Part shown: positions 10,132 to 23,210 of the stretch, piece after piece
Layout of the letters: each line of letters starts with the position of its first letter
How positions within the stretch are numbered: position 1 is the stretch's first letter
Source of the DNA: an uncultured delta proteobacterium
GTDB taxonomy: Bacteria; Myxococcota; Myxococcia; Myxococcales; Anaeromyxobacteraceae
Direction of reading: 5' to 3'
Length of the DNA stretch: 64,000 bases
Assembly (NCBI GenBank): GCA_963766715.1
Contig: CAVYBH010000010.1
Span: forward strand, 48,639-112,638
Made by a program: the position numbers and the translations under genes
Notes under the pieces: generated by a model
What the model was told of the DNA's origin: nothing
Databases searched by the model: none
Seen by the model: only the letters and a program-made list of their open reading frames with translations

Positions 10132-10142
<11 letters not shown>
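9498..10142 (-). CDS. ctaE: Cytochrome c oxidase subunit III
   Basis: GMWIFLSTEILLF, TGLHGLHV, GLYWHLVDLIWIFLF. Confidence 0.93.
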
Positions 10143-11746
<1,604 letters not shown>

Positions 11747-11769
<23 letters not shown>

Positions 11770-12813
11770 AGATGGGACCCTTCTGCGGCTCGGCGGTCGG
11801 AGCATCCGTCCGCAGGGACTTGATGAACTCGGCGATGGCGGCGGCGTCGGGCGCGGTGAGCTTGCCCTGGTAGGTGGGCATGACCGCCTTGTACCCGGCG
11901 ACGACCTCGGCGTTGGGCTCCATCATGGAGCGGGTCAGGTAGGCCTCGTCGGCGATCAGCGTGCGCCCGGTCTCCAGCTTCACGGTGCGGCCGTAGAGGT
12001 TGAGCCAGGTCGGCCCGATGTGCTGGGTGCCGTCGACGGTGTGGCACTTGAAGCAGCCCTGCACGGCGGCGATGCGCCGGCCCTGGTCGACGAGGCTGCC
12101 GCGCAGGTCGACCTCCTCGGCGGGGACGGGTGCGCCGTCCTGGGCCACGGGCTGGCTGCCGCGCCGCTGCTGCTCCATCCAGGCGTCCCACTCCTCGGCG
12201 GGCATGACCACCAGCTCGCCGAGCATGGCCGAGTGGCCGAGGCCGCAGAACTCGGCGCAGAAGATGGGGTAGCGCCCGGGCGACGTCGGCGTTGAACCAG
12301 GCCTGCGTGTAGCGGCCCGGCAGCGCGTCCTGCTTGAACCGGAGCGCCGGCACGTAGAAGGAGTGGATGACGTCGCGCGAGGTGAGCAGCATCCGCACCG
12401 GGCGCCCGGCCGGGACGCGGAGCACGTCCGTCGAGTTGGGGCCGCCCGGGTAGGCGAACTTCCACATCCACTTCTTGCCCTGCACGTAGACGTCGATGGC
12501 GCCCTTGGGCGGGGTCTGCAGCTCGACGTACTGCGGGTAGCCGATCGCGAACCAGGAGAGGAAGAGCACGAGCGGGAGGCCGATGAAGACCGCCTCGTGG
12601 ATGGGCTTGGGGTCGACGATGGGGGTCGACTGGTCGTGCCTTCTTCCGCTGGAAGCGGAACACGAAGACCGTCGCCGTGGCCAGCGTGGTCCAGGCCCCG
12701 AGCATCGAGGCGATGAAGACGAAGTAGTGGAGGTAGTCGAGGTGCCGCGCCCACTGGGACGCCTGCGTCGGCAGGAAGAGCAGACTGCGCAGGAACTCGT
12801 TGATCAGGTTCAT
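11747..12813 (-). CDS. ctaC: Cytochrome c oxidase subunit II with fused C-terminal cytochrome c (caa3 type); frameshifts near 12630 and 12285
   Basis: KWMWKFAY, SRDVIHSFY, CuA motif CAEFCGLGHSAM, CFKCH and AVMPTY in successive frames. Confidence 0.9.
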
Positions 12814-13619
12814 CGCCTGGCCCCCTTCGCCTCGCGCCGCCAGAAGACGAAGAGCGCGCTGGCGAGGCCGAAGAGCACGAGGAGGGCGCCGGCCCGCACC
12901 AACCCCATCGCGTACGGGACGTACTTCCGCGCCACCGGGTCGTAGCGGTAGCAGGTGAGCAGGAAGCGGTCGAAGCTGGTTCCCACCTTGCCGGCGCCGG
13001 CCTCCACGATGGCCAGCCGCAGGTCGCGGCCGGGGAACTCGACGCCGTAGAGGTAGCGGGAGACCCGGCCGTCGGGCGTGAGGACCAGGATGGCCGCGCC
13101 GTGGGCGTACTGCTTCGTCTCCTCGTCGAACTTGTAGTGGAATCCGACCGCGTCGGTGACCGAGCGGATCTCCTTCTCCTGCCCGACCAGGAACGGCCAG
13201 ACGTCCTTGCGGTCGGCCTTGTCGAAGGACTGGAGGTAGTGCTTCTGGCGCACGAAGCCCTGCGCCGCCTTCTCGCGCGGGTCGAAGGAGACCGAGAGCG
13301 CGGTGTAGTCCTTGCCGAGCTCGAGCCCGGTCTCCTTCATGCCGCGCGCCATGCCGCCCAGGATGAGGCCGCACAGCATGGGGCACTCGTAGTAGACGAG
13401 GGCCAGCACGACCGGCTTCCCCTTGCCCAGGAAGTCGGCGATCCGGACCGTCTTGCCGTCCTGGTCGAGGAAGGTCGCGCCGAGCGGGACCTGGGCGTTC
13501 AGGCGCTCCTCGATGTCCACGCCCTGCAGCGGCGCCGGACCCTCGGGATCGTCCTCGGCCCTGGCCGCGGCGGGGAAGCCCACCGAGAGCGCCAGCGCCA
13601 TGGCGATGGCTCGCCTCAC
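12810..13619 (-). CDS. SCO1/SenC-family copper chaperone
   Basis: YYECPMLCG (CxxxC), YAHGA, C-terminal TM; usual position between act and cta genes. Confidence 0.9.
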   Translation of the reverse strand: MRRAIAMALALSVGFPAAARAEDDPEGPAPLQGVDIEERLNAQVPLGATFLDQDGKTVRIADFLGKGKPVVLALVYYECPMLCGLILGGMARGMKETGLELGKDYTALSVSFDPREKAAQGFVRQKHYLQSFDKADRKDVWPFLVGQEKEIRSVTDAVGFHYKFDEETKQYAHGAAILVLTPDGRVSRYLYGVEFPGRDLRLAIVEAGAGKVGTSFDRFLLTCYRYDPVARKYVPYAMGLVRAGALLVLFGLASALFVFWRREAKGARR

Positions 13620-13987
13620 GGACGCTCCCCCTTCGCCACGCGGGCCATGGCGTCCTCGATGGGGACGTGGATCAGGCCGGCGGGCCGGTCGGCCCAGCCC
13701 CAGGAGTGGAGCCGCCCGAGCTGGGTCTTGCGCCAGTCGGCGGGCTCGACGGCGAGGGTGAAGAGGCGCTGCTCGACGATGCCGATCTTGTTCTTCCCGA
13801 TCTCGGCGGGCGGCGCGGCGGGCCCGTCGGGGAGCACCTCGGCGCGGGTCCGGTCGTAGCCGAGCCGGATGGTGGCCCAGCTGGCGACGGCGAAGAAGAT
13901 GAGCGCCGCGACGCCGACCGTGAGGATGCGCGGGGTGCCGATGCGGTCGGGCTCGGCCCGGATGACGTGAGGGCTGTGGTCGCTCAT
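13616..13987 (-). CDS. Single-TM accessory protein of ACIII (ActG-like)
   Basis: 123 aa, one TM helix, LHSWGWADRPAGLIHVPIEDAM; coupled to actF and sco. Confidence 0.6.
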   Translation of the reverse strand: MSDHSPHVIRAEPDRIGTPRILTVGVAALIFFAVASWATIRLGYDRTRAEVLPDGPAAPPAEIGKNKIGIVEQRLFTLAVEPADWRKTQLGRLHSWGWADRPAGLIHVPIEDAMARVAKGERP

Positions 13988-15201
13988 TGCTGGGGCTCGT
14001 AGTGGAGGGAGTCGGCCAGGAACGGGTCGCGAGCGGGGAGGATGGGGCGTCCCCGCAGGCGGGACACCACCCAGGCGACCGAGATGCCGCCGATGCCGAG
14101 GAAGGCGGCCAGGTCCATCCAGCTGGGGCTGGGGCCTGCCGGCGAGATGCTCGGCATCACCACCCAGTAGATGTCCACGTAGTGCACCGCGAGGATCCAG
14201 AAGGACATGAAGACGAGCGGCTTCCAGGCGCGCTTCCGCTCCCGCGGCATGAGGATCAGGAACGGGAGGACGAACTGGAAGAGGGCCAGGAAGATGCCCA
14301 CGCCCTTCCATCCGGAATCGGTGCGGACGAGGTACCAGGGCACCTCCTCCGGCAGGTTCGCGATCCAGATGAGCAGGTACTGGGAGAAGGCGATGTAGGC
14401 CCAGAAGGCGGTGAAGGCGAAGAGGTACTTGCCCATCGAGTGGATGTGGTTCGCGTTGATGGCGCCCTTGAGGGGCTCCTCGCGCGCGGCGGCCGCCGTC
14501 GCGATGATCCAGGCGGCGATGGCGGCGACCAGGCTGCCCGAGAACCAGTAGACGCCGAAGATGGTGGAGAAGAGGAAGGCCGAGAGCGACATCTGCCAGT
14601 CGAAGGCGGCGAAGGTGATGGCCAGCGCCACGAAGGGGAGGCCGCCCGCGCCCATGCGGCGCATCTTGAGCTTGAGCTCGGGGGCGCCGCTCTCGTCCTG
14701 GGCGAGCGACCAGCCGCGCATGAGCATTCCCACGCCGAGCCAGATGGCGAAGTAGATCGCCGCCCGGACCAGGAAGAAGGGCACGTTCATCCAGGGGTGC
14801 CGGTGCTCCCAGAGGTGGACGGCCAGCTTCCCCTCCCCGTGGGCCCAGGGCTGGATCGCGGCGTGGGCGGCGGCCGTGGGGTCGACCCAAGGGAAGATCC
14901 GGCCCATGCCGAAGACGATGGGGAGGAAGAGCACCGCGAGCACGGTGAGCGCGGTAGGCAGGCTCTCGAGGATCCGGCGGACGACGATGTACCACCTGGA
15001 GTTGGCGGCCTCGTTGGCCATGAGGAAGACCATGGCCGCGAGCGCGATCCCGGCCCAGTACACGAAGGCGGCCAGGTAGGCGTAGAGGGCGCGGCGCGCG
15101 TCGATCGCCCCGCCCGCCGCGGTGGCGGCGAGCCCGATGACGCCGACGGCGGCGGCGCGGATCATCAGGGTCCTGCCCCCGGTGAAGGGCGCGGCGTTCA
15201 T
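13984..15201 (-). CDS. actF: Alternative complex III membrane subunit ActF
   Basis: Polytopic NrfD-like protein; FAAFDWQMSL, FWAYIAFSQYLLIWIANLPEE. Confidence 0.88.
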   Translation of the reverse strand: MNAAPFTGGRTLMIRAAAVGVIGLAATAAGGAIDARRALYAYLAAFVYWAGIALAAMVFLMANEAANSRWYIVVRRILESLPTALTVLAVLFLPIVFGMGRIFPWVDPTAAAHAAIQPWAHGEGKLAVHLWEHRHPWMNVPFFLVRAAIYFAIWLGVGMLMRGWSLAQDESGAPELKLKMRRMGAGGLPFVALAITFAAFDWQMSLSAFLFSTIFGVYWFSGSLVAAIAAWIIATAAAAREEPLKGAINANHIHSMGKYLFAFTAFWAYIAFSQYLLIWIANLPEEVPWYLVRTDSGWKGVGIFLALFQFVLPFLILMPRERKRAWKPLVFMSFWILAVHYVDIYWVVMPSISPAGPSPSWMDLAAFLGIGGISVAWVVSRLRGRPILPARDPFLADSLHYEPQQ

Positions 15202-15770
15202 CGGTTCTCCTTCTCGAGGCGCCCGCGGACGTCGGGGGGCGCCTGCTCGATGCGGGTGCGCTGGGACAGCTGGAGCGCGCGGACGTAGGCCACGACCGCC
15301 CATCGCTCGTCGGTCCCGAGCCACGGACTGTAGGACGGCATGTACCCGTATCCGTCGGTGATGGCGGTGAAGAAGAAGCCGTCCGGGCGCTGCCAGTTCG
15401 CCAGCAGCGAAGGAGGCTGGCGGATCGACATGTTCCGGGCGACCGGCCCCTGCCCGTCGCCGAGGACGCCGTGGCAGACGGCGCAGAAGACCTCGTAGCG
15501 CTTCTTCCCGACCTCGAGGATCTCGGGGGTCAGCGCGACGGGGATGCTTCGCCAGCGGGGTCCCGTCGGCGTTGCGGCCGGTGGCCACCGCGGGGTCGGT
15601 GACCGCGGAGGCGGACAGGGTACCCGGCGGCGGCGCGCGCATGCCGATCTGGTCGGGGTAGAAGACCGACTTCCGGTACGGCTTCACCTTGGGCTGCTGC
15701 AGCATGGGGTTCACCCAGTTCGCAGCCGGAGGCGAGCAGCGCGAGCGCCAGGATGGGGAAGCGCCTTCAT
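15198..15770 (-). CDS. actE: ACIII monoheme cytochrome c lipoprotein ActE; frameshifts near 15757 and 15545
   Basis: Lipobox LLASGC, MLQQPKVKPY, MRAPPPGT, CAVCH, GYGYMPSY, RWAVVAYVRALQ. Confidence 0.85.
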
Positions 15771-16297
15771 GCCTCCTCCGGGACCAGCTCGACCTGGGCG
15801 GCGCCGAGCCTGCGAAGCTCCTCGGACACCGACGGGACCTCGTCGGCCTTCACCGACACCGACAGCCAGAGGGCGTCGATGGTGGCGGAGCGGAACGCCT
15901 CGACCTCGAAGAGCGGGTCGTACGGCTTGGGGAACTTGAAGAGCGCCATGAGCCCGAAGAAGATCGACACGCCGGCCAGGAGCACGCCCAGCTCGAACAT
16001 GATGGGCACCCAGGTCGGGGACGGCACCGCGTTCCGGTTGCCGACGTTGATGGCGTAGTCGACGTCGTTCATCCACCACTGCATGAGCACGGCGGACGCG
16101 ACGCCGATGGCGGCGGCCACCCCGGCGATGAACGGGATCGGCGACCTCTTCAGGCGGAGCACCTGGTCCGAATCCGGCAACGGGTACGGCGAGTAGAAGT
16201 CGAGCGAGGCGTGCCCGGCGTCCTGCAGGGCGCGGGCGGCGCCGTAGAGGGCGTCGACGGTCGGGTACTGGCCGAGGATGACGCGGGTCGAGCTCAT
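15767..16297 (-). CDS. actD: ACIII subunit ActD
   Basis: DFYSPYP, two TM helices, [12 protein letters not shown]; position between actC and actE. Confidence 0.85.
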   Translation of the reverse strand: MSSTRVILGQYPTVDALYGAARALQDAGHASLDFYSPYPLPDSDQVLRLKRSPIPFIAGVAAAIGVASAVLMQWWMNDVDYAINVGNRNAVPSPTWVPIMFELGVLLAGVSIFFGLMALFKFPKPYDPLFEVEAFRSATIDALWLSVSVKADEVPSVSEELRRLGAAQVELVPEEA

Positions 16298-17697
16298 GCG
16301 TGCTCCCCGGCGTGGGCCCGCTCGTGCGCCATCTCGTGGTTCAGCTCCTTGACCTCGGCGATCGCCACCGACGGCACGAAGCGCAGGAACAGGAGGAAGA
16401 GCAGGCTGAAGAAGCAGATGGTCCCGAAGAAGATGCTCCAGTCCACCCAGGTGGGGATGAAGATGCCCCAGCTCGAGGGGAGGAAGTCCCTGTGGAGGGA
16501 GGTGACGATGATGACGAAGCGCTCGGCCCACATCCCGATGCCGACCAGGATCGAGACGATCCAGAGCCAGGCCACGCTGGTGCGCGCCCTCTTCCACCAG
16601 AAGGTCTGGGGAATGACGACGTTGCAGAAGATCATGGTCCAGTAGACGACCGCGTACGGGCCGGTGGGGCGGGTCTTGAAGAACAGGAAGGCCTCGTACG
16701 GATTGCCGCCGTACCAGGCCATGAAGTTCTCCATGAGGTAGCCGTAGCTCACGATCATGGAGGTCACGAGCATCACCTTCGCCATGTTCTCCAGGTGGCG
16801 GCTGGTGATGACGTTCTCGAAGTGGAAGACCTTGCGGGCCGGGATGATGAGCGTGAGCACCATCGCGAAGCCGCCGAAGACCGCCCCGGCCACGAAGTAG
16901 GGCGGGAACACCGTGGTGTGCCAGCCGGGCAGCAGCGACACGGCGAAGTCGAAGCTCACGATGGAGTGCACCGAGAGCACGAGCGGGGTGGAGAGCCCCG
17001 CCAGGATCAGGTAGCCGATCCGGTAGTGCTGCCAGTGCCGCGAGGAGCCCTTCCATCCCAGCGCGAAGATCCCGTAGGCGACCCGCTGCACCTTCTTCGT
17101 GGCGGTGTCGCGCAGGGTGGCGAAGTCGGGGATGAGCCCGAGGTACCAGAAGAGCGCGGAGATGGTGAGGTAGGTGGAGACCGCGAAGACGTCCCAGATG
17201 AGCGGGCTCTTGAAGTTGGGCCAGATGCCCATCGTGTTCGGGTACGGGAAGAGCCAGTAGATGGCGAACCAGGGTCGGCCGGTGTGGACCAGCGGGAACA
17301 GCCCGGCCTGCATGACCGCGAAGATGGTCATGGCCTCGGCGAACCGGTTGATCGACGTCCGCCACTTCTGCTGGAAGAGCAGGAGGATGGCCGAGATGAG
17401 CGTGCCGGCGTGGCCGATGCCGATCCACCAGACGAAGTTGATGATGCCGAAGCCCCAGCCCACCGGCTGGTTGTTGCCCCACATGCCGATGCCGCGGGCG
17501 ACGGTCACGGTGAGGCCGACGATGAGGAAGCTCGTCCCGGCGGCGGCCAGCCCGACCAGGATCTTCCAGCTGTCCATCCGCTTGAAGATGGGGCTGAGCA
17601 GCTCGGTGTTGAGCTGGGCTTCGGTGGGGGCGCCCGCGATGAGCGGTTCCCCAACCAACGGATCGCGTTGCGCTGCGGCGGTCGCTGGAGGGGTCAT
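16294..17697 (-). CDS. actC: ACIII quinol-binding membrane subunit ActC (NrfD family)
   Basis: [51 protein letters not shown]. Confidence 0.93.
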   Translation of the reverse strand: MTPPATAAAQRDPLVGEPLIAGAPTEAQLNTELLSPIFKRMDSWKILVGLAAAGTSFLIVGLTVTVARGIGMWGNNQPVGWGFGIINFVWWIGIGHAGTLISAILLLFQQKWRTSINRFAEAMTIFAVMQAGLFPLVHTGRPWFAIYWLFPYPNTMGIWPNFKSPLIWDVFAVSTYLTISALFWYLGLIPDFATLRDTATKKVQRVAYGIFALGWKGSSRHWQHYRIGYLILAGLSTPLVLSVHSIVSFDFAVSLLPGWHTTVFPPYFVAGAVFGGFAMVLTLIIPARKVFHFENVITSRHLENMAKVMLVTSMIVSYGYLMENFMAWYGGNPYEAFLFFKTRPTGPYAVVYWTMIFCNVVIPQTFWWKRARTSVAWLWIVSILVGIGMWAERFVIIVTSLHRDFLPSSWGIFIPTWVDWSIFFGTICFFSLLFLLFLRFVPSVAIAEVKELNHEMAHERAHAGEHA

Positions 17698-20640
17698 GCC
17701 AGGTCCGGGTTGGGGTTGCGGATCCGCACCAGGTAGGCGGTGCGAGGCCGGGTGCCGAGCTCGTGGAGCAGGTCGTAGCGACGCGCGTCCTCGTGCAGCT
17801 TCTTCACGCGCGACTGCGGGTCGTTCAGGTTTCCGAAGACGATGGCCTCGGCCGGGCAGGCCTGCTGGCAGGCGGACTGGACGAAGCCGATCTTCTTGCC
17901 GCCGATGCGGGCGTCGATGCGCGCGCCCTCGATGCGCTGCACGCAGTAGGTGCACTTCTCCATGACGCCGCGGGACCGCACGGTGACGTCGGGGTTGAAG
18001 AGCAGCGTCTCGACCGCGGGCACCTCGGGGCGCCAGTTGAGGAAGTTGAAGCGGCGCACCTTGTACGGACAGTTGTTGGAGCAGTACCGGGTGCCGACGC
18101 ACCGGTTGTAGACCATCTCGTTCAGCCCCTCGTCGGAGTGCACGGTGGCGTTCACCGGGCAGACGTACTCGCAGGGCGCGGTCTCGCAGTGCTGGCACAT
18201 GACCGGCTGGGTGATGGTCTCCGGGTCGGAGGCCGTCCCGGAGAAGTACCGGTCGGTGCGGAGCCAGTGCATGATCCGGCCCTTCGCGACCTGCTCCTTC
18301 CCGACGGTGGCGATGTTGTTCTCCTCCTGGCAGGCGATCACGCAGGCGTTGCAGCCGGTGCAGCGGGACAGGTCGATCGACATGCCCCACGAGTACTCCT
18401 GCTTCGAGTAGTCGACCGCGGGCTGCGAGGTGGGCGGCATCCCGCGGAGGTGCTCGAGCTCTCCACCGCCCTCCCCTTCGCGCCAGTCCTTGGCGGTGAA
18501 GTCGAGCGCCAGCGGGCGCCCCTCCATCCCGAAGTGTCCCTGCGCGACGGCGAAGGTGTGCTTGCCCTTTCCCGCCGTCACGGAGAGGCCGTGGACGAAC
18601 CAGGCTCCGCCTTCCCGCAGGCGATAGGCGTCGACCCCGACTCCCTTCGACACCGCGTTGGCGTCGGCCCGGCCGTAGCCGAGCGCGAGGGTGACGGAGT
18701 CGTCGGCGTGCCCGGGCATCACCTTCACGGGCGCCTGGACGTTCCGCGCACCGATGGCGAGCGTGGCCACCTGCCCGTCGGCGACGCCCAGCTTCCGGGC
18801 CGTCGTCTCGGACAGGTACGCCGCGTTGTCCCAGCTCACCTTGGTGATGGGGTCCGGAAGCTCCTGCAGCCAGGCGTTGGCGGCGAAGCGGCCGTCGAAG
18901 AGTCCGTAGGAGGGAGCGAGCGCGAGCTCGAGCCCGTCCGACTTCCCGGAGGACAGCCGTCCCGAGCGCCGAGGTCACCGCGGCGACGTCGACGGGCGGG
19001 TTCTCGACGGGCTCGGCGGTGCCGGGGACGACTCCCTGGCGCAGCCAGCGCTCCCAGTGCCCCTCGAAGGAGACCGGGTCCGTGGCGCTGCGCCCCATCC
19101 AGTAGGCCTTCACGTGCTGCATCGCACCCTTGTCGCCCTGGTCGAGGAAGGCGGCGAGCAGGTCGACCGGGGAGACGCTCTCGTACAGGGGAGCGATGAG
19201 CGGCTGGACCAGCGAGGCGATGCCGTCGCGGGAACGGCCGTCGCCCCAGCTCTCGAAGGGATGGCTGGCGGCGATCTTCCAGCTGCAGCGGCGAGAGGTC
19301 TCGTCCTCGCGCAGGGTGAGGTAGAGCGCGTTCGGGACGCGGGCGAGGAGCGCGCCGACGTCGAGGCCGGCGGGAGCGGCGTAGACCGGGTTCCACGCCG
19401 TGATCACCAGCGTGTCGACCTTGCCGCCCTCGATCTCCTTGGCGAGCGCCGCGAGGGAAGCGCCCGTCGGGGCGGCGTCACCCAGCACCGGGCGCGAGCC
19501 GTTCACGGTGACCCCGACGTTGCCGAGGAACGCGTTCACGGCGTGCGCCAGCGCGTGGACGGCGGGCGGCTGCCGCTCGCCGACCAGGACGACCGATTGC
19601 CCCCGGTGGGCCGCGAGGTCCGCTGCCACCGCCTTGGCGGCGCGCGCCAGCTCCGGCGAGAGGGCCGGCGCGGCGGGGACGACCCCGAGGTGCGCGGCGA
19701 CGGCCCGGGCGAACCCGGCCACGTCGGTTCCCCGCATGCGGAACCTGTGGTCGGCGTTGGCGCCGGTGAGGGACAGGGCGGGCTCGGCCACGTAGAGGCG
19801 GCTCATGGCCGCGCCAGGCTCCCGGTGCCGGGCGAACTCGCGGGTGAGGCGAAGGGACTCGCCGTGGCCCGAGAGGAAATCGGCGTCGAGGGAGAGGATG
19901 GTCCGGGCGGCCTCGAGCGAGTGGCGCACGTCGAGCGGGCGTCCGAAGGCGATCCGGGCTCCCTCCGCGGCGTTCTCCTCGGTGATGGGCGCCCAGGCGT
20001 GGAAGCGGGCCTTCGGGAAGCGGGCCTGGATCCGCCGGCGCAGGTCGGCCTGGGTGGGCGACGCGTCGGGGGCGATCAGGAACGCGAGCCGGGCCCCGCC
20101 GTCCGCGTCGTGCACGCGGGCGAGCTTCTGGATCTCGGCGAGGAACCCGCGCCAGGAGAGCGGCTCTCCCTTGCGCCAGATGCCCCGGGCGCGAGCCGGG
20201 TCGTAGAGGTCGAGCAGGGTTCCCTGCTCCCACGTGGAGGAGGCGCCCAGGCTGGCCGGGTGGGCGGGGTTGCCCTCCACCTTGACCGGCCGGCCGTCGG
20301 CGGCGCCCACCAGGAGCCCGGTGGCGTAGCCGTCGAAGGCGAGGGCGGTGGCGAAGTGGAAGCGCTTGCCGGGCCGGTCCTCCGGCGGCTCGTAGACGTA
20401 GGGGACGATCTTCTCGCGAGGCGGCTGGCAGGCGGCCAGGCCGCCCAGGGCCGCGGAGGCGCCCAGGATCTGCATGAACGACCGGCGGGACAGCTCCGGG
20501 GGAGCCTCGGCGGCGCCGGCCGCGAACTCCCCGCGCTGGGCGGCGGCGCGGCTCTCGAGCTCCCCGACGCTCTGCCACAGCGAACGGTGCCCGGGCGCCC
20601 GGGGCTGGCCGTGGTCCTGGATGACCGGCAGCGATTTCAT
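17694..20640 (-). CDS. actB: ACIII subunit ActB (molybdopterin-oxidoreductase-like fold plus Fe-S domain, Tat signal); frameshift near 18900-18950
   Basis: SRRSFMQ...[18 protein letters not shown]-terminal [43 protein letters not shown]. Confidence 0.92.
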
Positions 20641-21296
20641 CGGTGGCATGTCGTGCAGCTCACGCGGGAGTGGATGTCGTAGGTCTTCATGAGATCGGCT
20701 GCCAGGGTCTTGGCGGCCGCCGGATCGTCCGGCGGTTGCCAGGTCATGCTGGTGATCTGATCGCGCGGGCGCAGGTTGGGCGCAGGGTTGCGGTGGCAGT
20801 CGAGGCACCAGCTCATCTGCAGGCTCGCGACCTTGGTCACCGCCGCCATCTGATCGATGCGGCCGTGACAGGTGACGCACCCGATCCCCTTGGCCACGTG
20901 GATCGAGTGGTTGAAGTAGGTGAAGTCGGGGAGCTGGTGGACCCGGTTCCACTCGATCGGCGTGCCGGTGAAGTAGCTCCGGCGGATCGGCTCGAGCTTC
21001 GGGCTCTTGTTCCAGATCTGCGAGTGGCAGTTCAGGCACATCTCGGTGGAGGGGACGCCCGCCGATGCGCCGCGGTCCGCGTTGAAATGGCAGTAGCGGC
21101 AGTCGATGAGGTCGTCGACCACGTGGTGCCGGTGGTCGAAGAGGACCGGCTGGGCGATCTCCTCCTGCAGCCCGGCGTAGTACGGGGTGCGGAAGTAGCC
21201 CCAGAGTCCGAGCAGTCCTCCACCGAGGACGGTGGCGACGGCGACGAGGGAGAATCGGGCGAGAAAATTCGCGGAAGGCTTGAAGATCGCGCTCAT
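20637..21296 (-). CDS. actA: ACIII pentaheme cytochrome c ActA
   Basis: N-terminal TM; five CxxCH (CRYCH, CLNCH, CVTCH, CLDCH, CTTCH); YFNHSIH. Confidence 0.93.
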   Translation of the reverse strand: MSAIFKPSANFLARFSLVAVATVLGGGLLGLWGYFRTPYYAGLQEEIAQPVLFDHRHHVVDDLIDCRYCHFNADRGASAGVPSTEMCLNCHSQIWNKSPKLEPIRRSYFTGTPIEWNRVHQLPDFTYFNHSIHVAKGIGCVTCHGRIDQMAAVTKVASLQMSWCLDCHRNPAPNLRPRDQITSMTWQPPDDPAAAKTLAADLMKTYDIHSRVSCTTCHR

Positions 21297-21403
21297 TCCG
21301 GCACGGGCCTCCCAGGGGCGTGAGCGGTCATCGGGTCACTGTGACTTCCGGCGGGGGTGGGACGTCGTCGACTCGACCGGTCCACTTCTATTGCTGCCAC
21401 CTA

Positions 21404-21417
21404 TTGATGTAGGTCAA
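21404..21417. promoter_or_regulatory. FNR-like box in the AT-rich divergent promoter region between actA and the ECF sigma gene
   Basis: TTGAT-gtag-GTCAA (9/10), 108 nt upstream of the actA start. Confidence 0.65.
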
Positions 21418-21559
21418 AACCATTTGAAAGACCCTTTTGGGTACATTTTTACATCCCTTTTGGGTCTGGGTCGGAATAGACCCCGTAAAGTGCTCGGGAA
21501 ATCGCGGCCAGCGCTCCGTCCTTGTCCCTCGGCCGACGACGTTCTATGCATCTGCACCC

Positions 21560-22399
21560 ATGGCCGAGACCTCTCCCCTCACCGACGAGCAGCTCGTGGA
21601 CAGCGCCCGGGGCGGCGATCGCGCCGCGCTCGAGCGGCTGCTCGAGCGGCACGAGCGGCAGGTCTACCGGTTCGGCCTCAAGATGTGCCGCGACCCGGAG
21701 GCCGCCAAGGACGTGCTGCAGGAGACGCTCATCGCGGCTGCACGGACCGTCAAGGACTTCCGCGGCGCCTCCTCTCCGTCGACCTGGCTCTACGCCATCG
21801 CGCGGAGCTTCTGCATCAAGCAGCGCCGGCGGTCCAAGTTCGCCCCGGAGCACGAGGAGTCGCTCGACGCCGACGGCGCCGGTCACGAGGTCCTGCAGAT
21901 CGCCGACCCCGGGCGGGCTCCGGACGAGGCCCTGGCCGGGCGGCAGGTGGAGCGCGCGCTGGAGCAGGCCATCGCCGAGCTCGAGCCCATGTACCGGGAG
22001 GTCCTCCTGCTGCGCGACGTGGAAGGGCTGTCGGCCGCCGAGGTGGCGGAGGCGGTCGGGATCAGCGTCGAGGCCGTGAAGAGCCGCCTCCACCGCGCCC
22101 GCGTCTCGGTGCGGGAGAAGGTCGCCCCCATCCTCTCGCCCGCGCCGGAGAGTCCGATCACCGAGGCCTGCCCGGAGGTGGTCTCGCTCTTCTCCCGGCA
22201 CCTGGAGGGAGAGATCTCCGCGCCGGTCTGCGACGAGATGGAGCGCCACCTCGCCGGCTGCCCCCGATGCCGGGAGCGCTGCGCCTCGCTGCAGGCGACC
22301 CTCGCCTCCTGCGCCGCCGCCCCGCTCCCCGAGGTCCCTGCGCCGGTGCAGCACGAGGTGCGGCGAGCGCTGCGGCAGTTCCTGGCGCGGACGGCCTGA
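21560..22399 (+). CDS. ECF sigma-70 factor with fused C-terminal zinc-finger (ZAS/zf-HC2-like) domain
   Basis: Region 2 (DVLQETL, STWLYAIAR), region 4 (EVAEAVGISVEAVKSRLHRAR), then CPEVVSLFSRHLEGE...HLAGCPRC. Confidence 0.88.
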   Translation: MAETSPLTDEQLVDSARGGDRAALERLLERHERQVYRFGLKMCRDPEAAKDVLQETLIAAARTVKDFRGASSPSTWLYAIARSFCIKQRRRSKFAPEHEESLDADGAGHEVLQIADPGRAPDEALAGRQVERALEQAIAELEPMYREVLLLRDVEGLSAAEVAEAVGISVEAVKSRLHRARVSVREKVAPILSPAPESPITEACPEVVSLFSRHLEGEISAPVCDEMERHLAGCPRCRERCASLQATLASCAAAPLPEVPAPVQHEVRRALRQFLARTA

Positions 22400-22442
22400 G
22401 CGCCCCTCGCCCCTCCCGGCGCCGACGCCGTAGACTGCCCGA

Positions 22443-23132
22443 GTGTCCGTCTTCCGCCTGCCGCGCGAGCCGATCTTCCCCGACCCGGAGCTGGCCGAGC
22501 CGGACGGGCTGCTCGCGGTGGGAGGCGACCTCTCCCCCGATCGCCTCCTGCGCGCCTACTCCGACGGGATCTTCCCCTGGTACTCGGAGGAGACTCCCAT
22601 CCTCTGGTGGTCTCCCGATCCGCGCATGGTGCTCCTGCCGCCCGAGCTGCACGTCCCCCGCTCGCTGGGGCGGACGATGCGCGGCGGCGTCTTCGAGGTC
22701 CGCGCCGACACGGCGTTCGGCGAGGTGATCCGGCGCTGCGCCGGGAAGGAGCGGCCGGGGCAGGACGGCACCTGGATCACCGAGGAGATGATCGAGGCCT
22801 ACGAGCGGCTGCACGAGCTCGGCCTCGCCCACTCCTTCGAGGCCTGGCGGGAGGGCGAGCTGGCCGGGGGGCTCTACGGCGTGTCGCTGGGGGCGGCGTT
22901 CTTCGGGGAGTCGATGTTCGCCGACCAGCCCGACGCGTCGAAGGTCGCCTTCGCGAGCTCCGTCGAGTGGTTGCGGGGACGGGGGTTCGAGCTCGTCGAC
23001 TGCCAGGTCGACACCGAGCACCTCCGCCGCTTCGGCGCCCGCGAGATTCCCCGGGCGGAGTTCCTGGCGCGGCTGCGGAACGCGCTGGCGAGCGCGACCG
23101 TGCGGGGGCCCTGGAGGATCGGGCCGGCGTAG
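22443..23132 (+). CDS. aat: Leucyl/phenylalanyl-tRNA-protein transferase
   Basis: GLLAVGGDL, GIFPWY, WWSPDPR, GTWIT, AHSFEAW, GGLYGV, FFGESMF. Confidence 0.96.
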   Translation: MSVFRLPREPIFPDPELAEPDGLLAVGGDLSPDRLLRAYSDGIFPWYSEETPILWWSPDPRMVLLPPELHVPRSLGRTMRGGVFEVRADTAFGEVIRRCAGKERPGQDGTWITEEMIEAYERLHELGLAHSFEAWREGELAGGLYGVSLGAAFFGESMFADQPDASKVAFASSVEWLRGRGFELVDCQVDTEHLRRFGAREIPRAEFLARLRNALASATVRGPWRIGPA

Positions 23133-23139
23133 CGGGAGC

Positions 23140-23210
23140 CGTGTGGCCTCGTCGCTGGGTGGCGCTCGTGTGGCCTCGTCGCTGGGGCACCGTGTGGCCT
23201 CGTCGCTGGG
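23140..23210. repeat. Three exact copies of a 20-bp unit separated by 7- and 4-nt spacers
   Basis: CGTGTGGCCTCGTCGCTGGG at 23140, 23167 and 23191; degenerate fourth copy near 23217. Confidence 0.9.

Noticed and set aside
16294..21039. 1581-aa ORF suggesting an ActB-ActC fusion
   Set aside because: The middle section is out-of-frame text; the real ActB Fe-S domain is in ORF 17694..18839, so this is a frameshift artefact
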